From Stylophora pistillata (taxonomy: Eukaryota), in NCBI RefSeq assembly GCF_002571385.2, contig NW_019218059.1, positions 87,041 to 151,040 on the forward strand: DNA of 64,000 nt, read 5' to 3'. Positions 39,201-51,644 of this stretch are shown here, piece by piece. How positions within the stretch are numbered: the first letter of the stretch is position 1; every line of letters begins with the position of its first letter. The position numbers and the translations under genes are program-made. Below the pieces are notes generated by a model, which saw nothing but the letters and a program-made list of their open reading frames with translations, was not told the DNA's origin and did no database searches.

Positions 39201-41107
39201 NNNNNNNNNNNNNNNNNNNNNNNNNNNNNNNNNNNNNNNNNNNNNNNNNNNNNNNNNNNNNNNNNNNNNNNNNNNNNNNNNNNNNNNNNNNNNNNNNNNN
39301 NNNNNNNNNNNNNNNNNNNNNNNNNNNNNNNNNNNNNNNNNNNNNNNNNNNNNNNNNNNNNNNNNNNNNNNNNNNNNNNNNNNNNNNNNNNNNNNNNNNN
39401 NNNNNNNNNNNNNNNNNNNNNNNNNNNNNNNNNNNNNNNNNNNNNNNNNNNNNNNNNNNNNNNNNNNNNNNNNNNNNNNNNNNNNNNNNNNNNNNNNNNN
39501 NNNNNNNNNNNNNNNNNNNNNNNNNNNNNNNNNNNNNNNNNNNNNNNNNNNNNNNNNNNNNNNNNNNNNNNNNNNNNNNNNNNNNNNNNNNNNNNNNNNN
39601 NNNNNNNNNNNNNNNNNNNNNNNNNNNNNNNNNNNNNNNNNNNNNNNNNNNNNNNNNNNNNNNNNNNNNNNNNNNNNNNNNNNNNNNNNNNNNNNNNNNN
39701 NNNNNNNNNNNNNNNNNNNNNNNNNNNNNNNNNNNNNNNNNNNNNNNNNNNNNNNNNNNNNNNNNNNNNNNNNNNNNNNNNNNNNNNNNNNNNNNNNNNN
39801 NNNNNNNNNNNNNNNNNNNNNNNNNNNNNNNNNNNNNNNNNNNNNNNNNNNNNNNNNNAGGGGAGAGGAGGATTTTAGGGGTATCACATGGTTTATAGGG
39901 GTAACGGAGGGAGGGGATCAGTCGTTGCCAATAAAGCATAAAGGGGGAAGGGCTATAAAAAAATTAACTTCCAATTACTGCCAATATATGGGGAAGGGAG
40001 GTCATGAGACGATCACAGAGCCTTGTGGGGGGACTAGGTAAGTTTTATCTTGACACAGCCAAAATCCACCCACCTTCCCTCCCCCCCTAAAATAAATTAT
40101 GACGGATCCTTTATTGAATCCATGTTCCCCTCCAGAAATTACATAAAAAAGCCCTCAGATGACTTCAATATGTTGTAGGCACAAAATCGCAGTACAAGGG
40201 TCGCAGGCAAGTGTTCTTCTATGAACCATTTTCTTAAACAGATGTACGTTTACATCTAGACTAGACAAGAAAAAAGATAAATGTTCTCATTACCGCCGCA
40301 AGGTCGATAGCCATTGACAGTTTGAATCCATAGTCGATCTTATACTCGTCGTTAGCCAAGACGTCCTAATTAGATTAAAACGAAGAATATTTCATGAAAA
40401 AAAAAGTTACGTCTGTTTTCGAGCAAGGTGTACACCCAGCTGGAGATTATCCCAGTTTCCTTGCACGAGGCGACTACTCCCCCCCTGGATGGGATGCTAG
40501 TCCATTGCAAGGTTCCACCCCATCAAGCGAGGTCATTTTACGGTGGAATCAGAAGAGCTTCCGTGTAAGTACATGTGACCTTATGGCTTGGATTCCAAGA
40601 AAAGTCTGATTTTAAATCTTGCTCGAGATTATTGTACAATGTTATGGTTCTGGGACTTATCTGAGTTCACAACCTGGTAATATGGATAGAGAAATCCATA
40701 TTACCGGTCATATGTTGCGATTAATGGGCACGATGATGTGAAATTTAATTTGTTTAAATTTCACAAGTTATTGGCGTGCGCAAAATATCTTACAATCCTT
40801 TAAGACGTTGAATTTACAGAGAGCGATATACGGGAATCCCGTCTTGCGCTCTACAGCAAAATCTTTAACCTTTTGACGCATTTGTCCTTGACTGGCATGG
40901 ATCGAAATATTTGGCTCCAAATAAAAAGTAAACAAGTGAACGAGCAAATGGTCGAGGAAAGCTTTTAAAAATGCCTAGACCAGCACCCAATGCAAATCAT
41001 GAAAGCTTTAGCGGTTTGAACCATCAAGAGATACTTAAGGCCGCAATTACTGTATAAGAACTTGCCTTTAAGCTTCCCTTTTTGCAGTACGACCAAACCA
41101 TCATAAT

Positions 41108-41334
41108 AGGGACTTTAAGCAAACCACGATGGCTACGGCATCGAGAACGTGGATNNNNNNNNNNNNNNNNNNNNNNNNNNNNNNNNNNNNNNNNNNNNNN
41201 NNNNNNNNNNNNNNNNNNNCTAAGAAATGTACAAAGTTTTAAAACGCGCGTGCTGGGCTATTGTTCTGCCAATTAGATCTATTGTTTTTTCTCGTTTTCG
41301 TTGCCGTAGCCGTCGTGGTTTGCTTAAAGTCCCT
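41108..41334. mobile_element. MITE spanning a small N gap
   Basis: TIRs agggactttaagcaaaccacga.ggctacggca / tgccgtagccgtcgtggtttgcttaaagtccct. Confidence 0.85.
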
Positions 41335-43623
41335 GATATCCATCAAAGCTACGGTTGCAAGACTCCCCTTCCATTTCTCTTCACCCGCCTCTCCAACGCG
41401 TCTCTATTTTGATAGTTTCTTCTTTGATAGTTTGCCGTTCAAAAGGGCGGATAACGCTGTCCGAAGGTGAAATCGCTATCCAGCGGATAACTGTAACAAA
41501 GCATACTGCGCTATCCACTGGATAGAGATTTATTTATCTAGTGGATAGCGTTATCCATCCTCTTATAACCGAGGCCTGGACTTTAGAGCAAAGGTCTGGA
41601 ATAGTGGCATTCCCTTGTCATATAGAGCATGCAGCAAGTCTTTACTTAACCACATGCCGAGACTATTCCTCCGTAGTTTTCTTACTTGATAGTTGCCGAT
41701 GGTGGTAAAGATTTGCTCTGTGTTTGCTGATGCGTTGGAGGCGGCTGTTGTTTGCTCCTCTTGAAACAGTGGGCTGGTGAAGGGCTTGACGGCTTTGATC
41801 GCGTTCACGTTCAACTCTTCTCTAGTTTTCGTTTGCTGGAAATTTAAGTAAAGACGATTAGAGGGTGTTTATGTAGGTCACGGTGTAGAATACCAGGCAG
41901 GATAATTCCAAAAAGGTTCCCCGCCTTTTCAAATTATAAAATCATATCCATCTATGAAATTTTCATGCCTTGACAGCAATAATTTTGTTCCGAAATAATT
42001 TGAAAACGACCAGGTAATGCAGACAATACTTTTCGTTGTTATTTATTCAAATCCCATGACCTTTTGGGACACACGGCTGATGAAAGTCCTACTTGCAAGA
42101 TCAGACCAACTGATCAACTATAAACCTCGCATGGAATTTTGCTTTACTTCGCTATGATTGACCCACAAAATTCGCTCCAGTGCACTACATCAATCAATCA
42201 GATTCAAAACTTTCACTAATCGCGACTCGATCACTCGCATTTTCTCGCTTGTATCTACTTTGGATTCTCATCGGTTCTTTATAGTATTCCAGTTTTTACA
42301 TAAATGCAAGATATATATGGTTACAACGCGGAAATTTGCCGGATGGAGACGAACAGTCGATGGATTCCGCTTGAAAGTAGTCACTCCCTGTGATTGAGCT
42401 TCTCCTGATCCACCGCGATCCTGAATATGCAGATCATCGTAACGAAGTTTCCATGACTTGTTTTGAGCCAGATCTGTTTCATAACGAAGTTTCCTGCAAG
42501 CAAATAATTGTACACGAATTACGATTTGTCAAAGATAAGAAATCATTTTCTTAAGTGACGTTTTTGTTATTAAAGATTTTGCTTAAGAATATATATAGTT
42601 TCTCTTGTGTGATAATTCTTGAGGGTTTCGGATGTCTGCTTGGCTTGTTCACTTCAAAAGACAAAAGACCAAGCGAGACAGATCAAAACAGTGTCTTTCT
42701 CGTCTAAAAGCTTAAGTGAGTACTAAGGCGATTTCATGGAAACAAAGAGATCATCATGATCTCTCGTGGAAAAGTATCATTACTACTTATAGATAACTTG
42801 CAGTGGAGTATCATCCCGTCCAGGTTGGGGTGGGGGTGGGTTGGGGGATCGGGAGCAGATGCAACACCCGTAATCGCTCCCTGCTGTGAATACTAGGGAA
42901 GGAGGCGTCACATATGCGTTACTAGACTTTAAGGAGTCAGCGTGTTAGCTTTATATGCAGCGTATTTAAAGCGGGCTTAGCGAATAGATTACTAACCTTA
43001 TGATAAGGAAAAACATCAATGCTAAGACCACAACACCAGCGGTAGACGCCCCAATAACCACATTGACCAACTGTTTGAGTTGCTAGATTGGAAGAGAAGG
43101 AAAATGAAGAATGACGAAAAGAAGATGATGTGTTCTACAGCCTGGTGACTAAACTGGAAGATGATGTCGTTCAGGCATTAACACAGACATACTGCAGATT
43201 TTTTTCAAAGCGCAGGCCTTTAAATTGAGCGTCGTGATGCCATAATCAGAGTAATCACAAAAAACATTCCGAGTGAGGGAAATTATCACTAGGCACCAAA
43301 GAGCACTTAAGGTAGGACAAGAGAACTGACCGCTTGAAGCTCGGAAAACGTGAATGGATTCTTACCTTCTCTCCCCTGCTCCAGGCACAATTCTTTTTCC
43401 CATCCACACCTTGGCTTATCAAGAGGAGGATTGGTGCGTCCTCCTGCCCAGATCACCCTCACGTCTGTCAAGTAAAGTTTTCTCAGCGAATTTTTTCAAC
43501 AACAGAAAATTTTCATTCATCCTCTCTCCTTCCCACCCTTTGAATCTCAAACCAAAATAGCTGCACTGGAGCCTTCATTGCTTCATTGGGCCTTTTAGAC
43601 ACGACTGACCCAAGCTCAGTCAT

Positions 43624-43987
43624 TAGAGAGATTTAGCACCACGTTTACGTGAAACGCCAAACGTCAGCTTGCCCTTTCACGTTTCACTTAAAATAGTGCG
43701 AACTTTACTGCTTTAGCTTCGCGGGAGCTCACGTCTTGGTGGATTTGAAGGCCCCCGAGTATGACTTACAAGGAATAGTTTTGGTGCCCTTTTCCGGAAA
43801 TTAACTTCTACTCTGTGAGAGAAAAAGTGAAGAAAATATTGAGTACACTGCAAAAGCGACATAGGTTGCTTTCACGTTGAAATGGCAAAGCGCAACCGGC
43901 AAATGTGAAAAAATGGCGGGAAAAACAAGGTCACGTGGTCACTCTTGCCGTTCACGTTTCTCGTAAACGCGGTGTTAAATCTCTCTA
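43624..43987. mobile_element. MITE (~365 bp)
   Basis: TIRs tagagagatttagcaccacgtttacg.gaaacg / cgtttctcgtaaacgcggtgttaaatctctcta. Confidence 0.85.
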
Positions 43988-46900
43988 GTGAGGGGTAAAA
44001 AGAAAGCTTATCGACTGAAGTGCAGGAACACGCAAGTAACCAAGTAGCGATTGGATTTAGTTATGCATTTGAACAGTTGAGAAGGTTTCGCGAGTTTTCC
44101 AAAACCAATCAAAAAGCGAAGTTAAGCAAAATGAAAGCAATGATCCCGGATTATATTTAGCACTCGACTGAAAAACCAATTCCTGGTGTATTGCGGCTGG
44201 GATACGTTTGAAGTCACCAAATTTAAGTTTTATTATTAAAATAACTTATTACCCCCATTGCTGCTGAGTTTGGCAGAACACTTTTCAAAAGTAAGATGTG
44301 AAGGTTCTAACTGGTTGATTTAAATAAACCTGTTAACACCGCTGTTTGTCTTTATTAGAGTATTGAACACAGTCGTATCAAAATTTGTGCAATGCTTTCT
44401 TTATCTACGGATTCGACAAAAGAATTCTACAGCACCTGAGAAATTATGCTGAAATAATTATTCGCCGAAGGCGAAGTGAATATTATTGAATAATCACTGG
44501 ATCGAAAAAAAAAAAAAAAGGCAAAAATGATGATGAAATTACCTCTCAGACTAAAGCCTCCGGTAGAATGATTGTAATCAGCGATGTTCTGGAAACTTCC
44601 ATTCACGTAATACTTTAGTGAGTAATCTGGGTCACGATCGCCTGATTCGTCAATTCGAACCGTTCCCGAGACACCTGGGTTATCGAAAATGACTAAATTA
44701 AAAGCGTCTAGACTCATTAAAAAAAAAAAAAAAAAAAACGGGCAATCTTGAATGCAAACTCGAAAAGAGAACTTTAAAATAGAGGCTTGATGTTGAACTT
44801 TCTACTGATGAAATGCAAATGCTTTTGGCTACAATTTACTTTTTCTCACCAGGGAAAGTGGAAGGAGATTGCATTGAAAGGAAAGAGACAACGAACAGAC
44901 AGTTTACATTCTTTCTTTGTTTCCGAGGTTCTTCGAAAAATCTCGATTTCATGCACTCGACCCAGTCTCTTGTATCGCTGCCAATCACATGGATTTTGAG
45001 GTCTTTATGCTATTTCAGTGTCGAACAATCGCCAATCTTCAAATTCCATGTTGAGCATTCTGTGCACGATAGCTCGCCCATCTTTTTTGTCCCCTCCGGC
45101 TGCCAAAGTCTCATTTAGTGCAATGGCGTATAAATAAATGGCATCGTATATGGCTCCAGCGTACACTTCCACCTGTATAGCAAAATAACCTTATCATCAA
45201 CTATTGACGGTTCATTATCAATTAGCGAATAAACTAATAGACGGGATTGGTGTGACTGTGACTGCTCGTGATCAACCAGTGAGGACTTGCAATAACAGCC
45301 CTCTTAGAGTCAGAGAGAACAAACAACTGAGGCGACTTGATTTGTAACAGTTTAAGAGAAATACTTTTGATAAAAGTTTTCTTTCTTTAACCCGACAAAC
45401 CCCAAGAGGGATTAACACCCAGTCTTTCCTCACAATATGCCTTGTGTTGAAATGGTTTTGAACTATACGCTAATCAGTGAATTTTGTCACCAGGATACGC
45501 CTAAATATTTTCCTCCGGCATGCACCCGAAACGTGTTCTGGCAACGATGATGATGCGTTTTCGTGAATTCATAACGATCTCTTTCCCTCTAAAATCAGTA
45601 TCGTTTTTCTGAAGTCCTTCACTTTTACTTTACCACGTCAGGCCCTGCCTGCCTCGTAATCCTCCTACCTTTTCACTGTGATCAAACTGAATTTAAAAGG
45701 GGTAGTCCTTGAGTTTCTCTTTGACTTCTTTCGTAAATTGTTGCCAAAGTTCTGTGGTTGGCTCTCGGACATGAATGCTCAGAATCCCTCTAAACGCCAG
45801 CGCAGCCTCGACATCTCTGCCGTCATTTCCCATAAAGGTGTTATTTCCAATGGCAGCAGATGGTAACAGATTGACAGTCAAGGCAGGAAAGCATAGTCCC
45901 CATTGAGCATATCCAGATCGTGAGCGACCAGCATTAGAGCCCGTATATCACCACCGTAACACAGCATTATAAAGACTATGGTAGAGAACAATACACCAAT
46001 GATGGTGATGGCTTTACTGGCGGTTAACGGTTAAAATTTTGGCCATTTTACGGCTAACGGTTAACTTCCTTCCTTTGTGATTAAAAATAAATTTTTTACA
46101 GTAAACTTTTTTTCGATTAACGGTTAAAATTTGCCAATTTTTACGCTAAACGACTAAAGTTTTTCGGCCGAACGGCTAGTACCAATAAACTCTCATCAAT
46201 GTGAGAAACTGGGAAAGATTTTTAACGTGCTTGCTATTACTTCTCATGGTGACACAAAAGTTCTATCCATTGTAGCTAATTAGCCTTTAATTAGTTATGT
46301 TGTGCAACATTAGCTTCGCCAATTTTCCTACTCTTTTCATTATTTTTGTTTTATATTGTTGTTGTTCTTTTTTTTTTTCAATTTCCCGACAGTCCCCCGT
46401 TCATTTCGTCGTTTTGATCTACCCGTGGGAGTAAATGAACAGCTCTTTGTAGCATAGGTGCAGGAAAAAAAAGAACACATGCATTTTGCAGAAAATGAAT
46501 ACAAGGGCCGTGAAAGATCTTCTTTTTTGAGGACCTAGACAAAGAAAAGAATAATTTCTCGTCGAATTTTTGCTGAAAAGAACCAATAATAGCTGAAAAA
46601 AGAACCTGTTTTCTTTTTATCTTAACAATTTTTTCACCTATTTCTGGCTGTTTCTTTTGCAAGCATCAACACGCTCTTGTACTCCTCCCACTCTGTTACG
46701 AGTACATGCCCTGGATTGAGGGTGTGTATATAAAGAATGTCAATATCGTGCTGTAAAAAACACCTTCATCAGACCAGTCATGGCCAGTTGCCATATACTC
46801 TCTGTAGACGCTATAATCCCGATACTTTTCCACTTGAAGTACCCAAGCACGGACATGAACAGGCCGCCCGTTTTGGAGAAGGATCCCACCGTTCTGGCGA

Positions 46901-49900
46901 ACGTCAAGTAAATGCTTTTCTCTGATAGCTTACTCGATTCACAGCCCCAGGAGATCATAGGCAGATTGCACGAGGCTGCTAAGATGGCAGCGGGTTCAGA
47001 AATGATGTCGCATCCGTTCCCTATAATGGCGTCCACCCCTGAAATTTGAAACTCCACCGCTTGGTTCAGTCTTTCGGCAGGCAGGCACATGGAATCATTC
47101 CACAGGAACGTCATGTTGTACCCAAGAAGAAGGGTGGGATCTCTGTTGATTTTGTCCACTGCAATGGTAATAGTAGACGCGGATGTTTTCCCGATTGGCC
47201 ACTAGCCGGTCATTGGTAGCAAAACACCAATTTTCACTTCTTTCACGTTCTCGTCATAATGTAATGTAATNNNNNNNNNNNNNNNGCTACCCCAAACAAT
47301 GTCACAGTCATCAAAGTGAGGTTTTAATAAAGCTTGGAAAGTCAGTGTTGTATTCGCCGATGGCGCTCGAAAACAATAAGCAAAACAAGCCCGCTGCCAA
47401 GACTTCAGAAAAGTAGGTTCTCATTTTTTCCCTAGGGTGAAAATTTTTTGCTTCACGATCAGAATTAATGTCGACGGAAGCAAAAAACATCCTTCAGCTG
47501 AACGACACGGTCATTTCATAGCTCGACCAAAAAATATGCAAAAAATATGCTTTGATCAAAGCGGTCCTTTATGATACATTTTTTTACGTCACGTTTTCAC
47601 GGTTTCAAGCTCACCGAATTAGCAGTAAGGTTTCTGCCTCAAAGACCTACCGCATTTTTTTTTAGCCAATCAGGTTGCTGGTTCCAGCTGTATCTTGACA
47701 TAATAATCACAAACCTATTTGTGTCGCATTATCTAAACACGTCTTTGAAATCAGTCGGAATCGAGAAAGCACAGCTTTGCGGTCCTTGTGGCGAAGTTGT
47801 CCTGCACAAAGAAGGCTAGTTGCCCTGAGGCTGAAGTGAAGGCAATATTTCTCAACAAATTGTCTATTAGACTGAGATGATAGTGTTTGTCTATCATAAC
47901 GTATAGACACCCCCTCCTCCTCCCTTAAATATTGACTTTTTTTGGATCACTAGACAAAACTGAGCTTGCCGAGTTACTTTCTCTGCTCGAGTTAACCTTA
48001 TCACTTCTAAGATCTCATTAGTTAACAAGCACCTCACTGTCTGCCACTGAATAATTCTTATCATGTTAGTTTAGAGAATCTGGTATTGGATCAACTAAAT
48101 ATTTTTTCTTTATTCTCATCACTTGTCTGCTTGATATTGTATTGATATGGTGAGGAGAAATTCTGTCTTGGTCACACATGAGAGTTTTTACAATCTCCGT
48201 CGTCGATAATCACTCCCGCTTCTTTGTTCTCTTTTATAGTTCCTTAGGTTTGACTGATTAAACTTGATTCCTCCAGTCATTCGTCTTTTACGAATTTTGT
48301 TAGGAACAACTTTTCCGAACCCTAAAAGGTTCAAATTATTTCGTTACCCCCACCGACGCAGCGCCAAACAGTTTCTTTAGAAACTATCAGCCTAAAAGGC
48401 TGAGTTTGCTTCCATTTGTCATTGTCATCTTTTGTCTCATGGAGTTTGAATCCTGTGTTGGTCGACTTGCGGTGCAATCCTCAAATTGTTGGCGATCAAA
48501 TTCCTTGTAAAATTGATTGATACGTTACCATTCCGATCCTTCACAATTCACAACAAAATTCTGTGTTCAGTGTTTTGTTTGATCACCCGAGCCGGCTTTC
48601 TTCGGTTGTAGACCGCACCAACACTCAGGGTCTTAAAATATAACTTAGAAAAATGTGTTACTTACACTACGGCATCTGCAAATGGTTACACGTTCTAGTC
48701 TTAATTCTCGAATAAGAAAACGGTAGATCCCGTTTCTTACGTCTTCTGTGTACTTAGCAGAGGACGTCAAAGAACCCGCACATCTATTGCAAAGAATGGG
48801 GAACGCAGCTCCTGGTGTTGTGAAATAGCATTGTTTCAAAATATTTGTAAATTAGGAGCACCTGAAAAATGCCCTCTTCAGTCAGAATTAGAATTATAAA
48901 TTCCCTTAGGTCAAATCCCCCTCAAAGCGTTGTAAAGCACATTAGAGGATAGAGTCGTCGACAGAGTTGGGATAAAGGGTAACTCACTACCTTAAGGATC
49001 AAATACCTTGGTATATCATTTCTTTGCTCATTCTACGAGAGACCTTTTGTATGACCTGGGTTTTAGAACGGGCACATTCCAATTGAGTGTCGACAATAGA
49101 CTAATTAGTTTCGTCTTGATCTCTGATTGCTCCAGCAAGAAAACCTGCGCCACCTTTTCGACAAATAAGATCACTGCTACTAAGCAGACGTTTTATTCGC
49201 GAGAGAGGACTTTTATCTGTGTTTCCTTGGGTCTTCAGTAGCTCTTTTCAACATCGGGTTGCGCTTCACACGCTAAGCACGTCACCCGCTCTCAAAGCCG
49301 TGCTTAAGAAGACACCTGCGTCCTCTGCTCGCGCGAGGGTTTTTCACTTATGTATCACGGGAGTCTTGGCTAGACAGAAATATCTCTTCATTATGCTTCG
49401 TTCTTGAGGTTGTTCATTAAAAATTTTCATCTCGTTCAGAAACTCTTTACAATCTAGAGCAAGACGAGATGATTGCTGACTATCTTAACAAAAAAACTGT
49501 GCATCACTCGCACGTTTCGAGAGTATCACGGAGAGCCATCCTCACGTGCCGCTTGTGCTTATGTGCGTGACCCATATACTCTTGTGCGTGACCTTTATGC
49601 TCTGTATTTGTATCACAGTATTTTCACTTCCGTTTGGCTACATTTCTTAAAGAGTCAGTCACAGAACGAAATTAGTTCACTTTTAACTGTTTAATTATTA
49701 TGGTTGGTCTTCGATAGAAAACAAAGGCAAGAGACAAAGAATTACGCTAATTAGCGTCTGAGTAACTTCCACGTTCGTGCGAAACTTCATTCAAATATCT
49801 TTCGAACGGGTCTGTTCTCTCATGTCGGGCACAAATTATTCTAAATATATCGTGTTTTCCCATAATTTTCATAAGTTCATTTGTAAAATACAGTGAGTCA

Positions 49901-51018
49901 GTGGACGTGAACCCGCTCTCCATTGTTATTTTCATATCGAAGTGGCTCAAGGTGATTTCTTCTGCTCATTTCACTGGCAGGAGATTAACACATATATCTA
50001 TCAGCACTGTGATCGATAAAACGGGGCATCTCAAACAAAAAAGATTGTATCTTACGGTGCTTAAGTTTAACCGTTGTCCGTTTAAATCTTCAACAAACAA
50101 GGCATTTCATAATACCACGCGCTGTGTGTAAGAAAACACAAGAGAGTCACAATGTACTTTGCTCGATGTATTTCAAAGTTTGTTATATAAGGCAGGTTTC
50201 GTCTACAGATGAATCCTTTCAAGACCAAGCTGTTACACCAGCCGAACCAGCAAAAAGACAGATTGTTTTCGTGAGAGCAAGGTTTTGAGAATCTTCGAAG
50301 TTTTAATTTTTGGGGACGTTTTCTCTTCTGACTCAGCATGGAAATTTTTGCATAACAGTTCAGCGAATTAATTTTGCACGATTACATAACCGTAAATATC
50401 GCGTGAGATGTCGCGTGTACACATTCTCCGTAACCCCTTGATGACATTGACACAATTTTCTGTTCCAAAATTTACTATTATCAGCCTTAAAAAAAAAAAG
50501 AGGAAAAAAACGAATTTACATACGTACAGAAATGATTTTAACGCTAGCCTTAAACGCGTTCGGGTGCGCCTTTAGGAAACATTTTACTAACTTGAATATC
50601 ATTTGAATCTTGAATTACAAAGAAACTAGACTTTCTCTCGATGAAACAAAAAGACTGTGAATCAGGAAACTCACAACCATGAGAAAATTCTTAAGTAGAT
50701 CCACAAACGAGAATGAAAAAAGTCCGTTATAGTCACTATTTGGGTCAAACACAAACTCAAGAGAGAAGTCCATGGAAAAGCGATTCTTTGAACGTGACAA
50801 ACCCTCCACGGCCAATGTAAAATGATTAATACTTCTCTGAGTTTTTATTTTTATCTTCCAAGCCTCAAATAATGAGTAAAACGAGGGACTGAGTCGCTGA
50901 AAATTCCATTACGAAGAGAGTTGTTGATAAATTATGTAATCAGTGGAGCGACGATTTTCAGGTCGTCTATGCCGGGTTCCACCCGTTCGAGTAGAAAAGC
51001 AGAGCCAAAAAACGAATA

Positions 51019-51492
51019 TCAGCAAGAACTTCCATTTTGACTCATTAAACAAAACAAGTAATTCGTCATTATGGCATCCTCTAGAACTTTCTGAGTGCGC
51101 TGTTTTGAGCAAGGGGAGGGTGCCTTGCATGAGTTCTTGTGCGAGTCTAGTACTGTTTCTACAACCTGAAGCACGGTGTGTTTTGCCCTTAAGTTTCCAC
51201 CAGTTCCAACGCATCTATGATCACTCTGTTCAGTGTAACAATGTTGTAATTCAACGGTTTTATCATCAATTTGGGCCGCATCTACAGGCGTTGATTCAAG
51301 CTTCCCAAAAGGAGTAATCAACTCGACATCTCGTAAAACTTCCATGAACTCGTCTATATCCATGTATTGATTAGCGTCGAGGTCTTTATCAATTTCTTCA
51401 GTTTTCCCCGTTGTCATTTCCTCGCCGACCTTTCGAAGCTCTGAATTATTCTCCATTCCCTGAGAGATCTTCGGTGCACTCGAAGTAGACAT
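51019..51492 (-). CDS. Intronless hypothetical protein, 157 aa, acidic N-terminal half
   Basis: ATG-initiated ORF, not repeat-derived and more GC-rich than its flanks. TATA-like box ~75 bp upstream and AATAAA (minus strand, ~50844-50849) downstream. No family recognised with confidence. Confidence 0.6.
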   Translation of the reverse strand: MSTSSAPKISQGMENNSELRKVGEEMTTGKTEEIDKDLDANQYMDIDEFMEVLRDVELITPFGKLESTPVDAAQIDDKTVELQHCYTEQSDHRCVGTGGNLRAKHTVLQVVETVLDSHKNSCKAPSPCSKQRTQKVLEDAIMTNYLFCLMSQNGSSC

Positions 51493-51564
51493 CTATGCTT
51501 ACGACGACCACGTAAACATTCACTTCACCACCTTGCACACGAAGTTTTGTCACGTTTTATTCGA

Positions 51565-51644
51565 TTATATAACACTAGCACGTGCACGCGATCAAGGCAA
51601 GCCCGGAGGGCCTGGGGCTATACCTTGAAAGTTCTCGAAAATTC
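51565..51644 (-). promoter_or_regulatory. Promoter module: TATA-like TTATATAA (51565-51572), E-box CACGTG (51579-51584), perfect 4-unit heat-shock element (51627-51644)
   Basis: GAAagTTCtcGAAaaTTC matches nGAAnnTTCnnGAAnnTTCn exactly and lies ~55 bp upstream of the TATA-like box relative to the 157-aa ORF. Confidence 0.65.

Larger units (their letters stand above)
33399..47424 (-). pseudogene. Receptor guanylyl cyclase (natriuretic-peptide-receptor-like) pseudogene
   Basis: Exon remnants (minus): 46642-47424 (signal peptide + ANF-receptor domain), 45669-45975, 45037-45172, 44543-44674, 43366-43464, 42997-43082 (TM), ~42355-42493, 41686-41835, 40294-40365, 38517-38679 ([18 protein letters not shown]), 38078-38230, 37554-37725, 37132-37272, 36543-36666 (VTIFFSDIVGFT), 35680-35746, 35289-35463 (VETVGDAY), 34581-34679, 34338-34429, 33399-33527. 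In-frame stops at 47311, 47202, 45693 and 38220 (LL*TAPE). Frameshifts at ~46757, ~45882, ~43080 and ~35715. Two donors read AT instead of GT. Confidence 0.9.

Noticed and set aside
38953-40041. Long ORFs in the ORF track
   Set aside because: Artefacts of an N gap (poly-X).
38220-47313. Stop-codon readthrough, selenocysteine or U12 AT-AC splicing as a rescue of the guanylyl cyclase
   Set aside because: The stops are a mix of TAG, TAA and TGA and come with frameshifts. The AT donors lack the U12 consensus and pair with AG acceptors.
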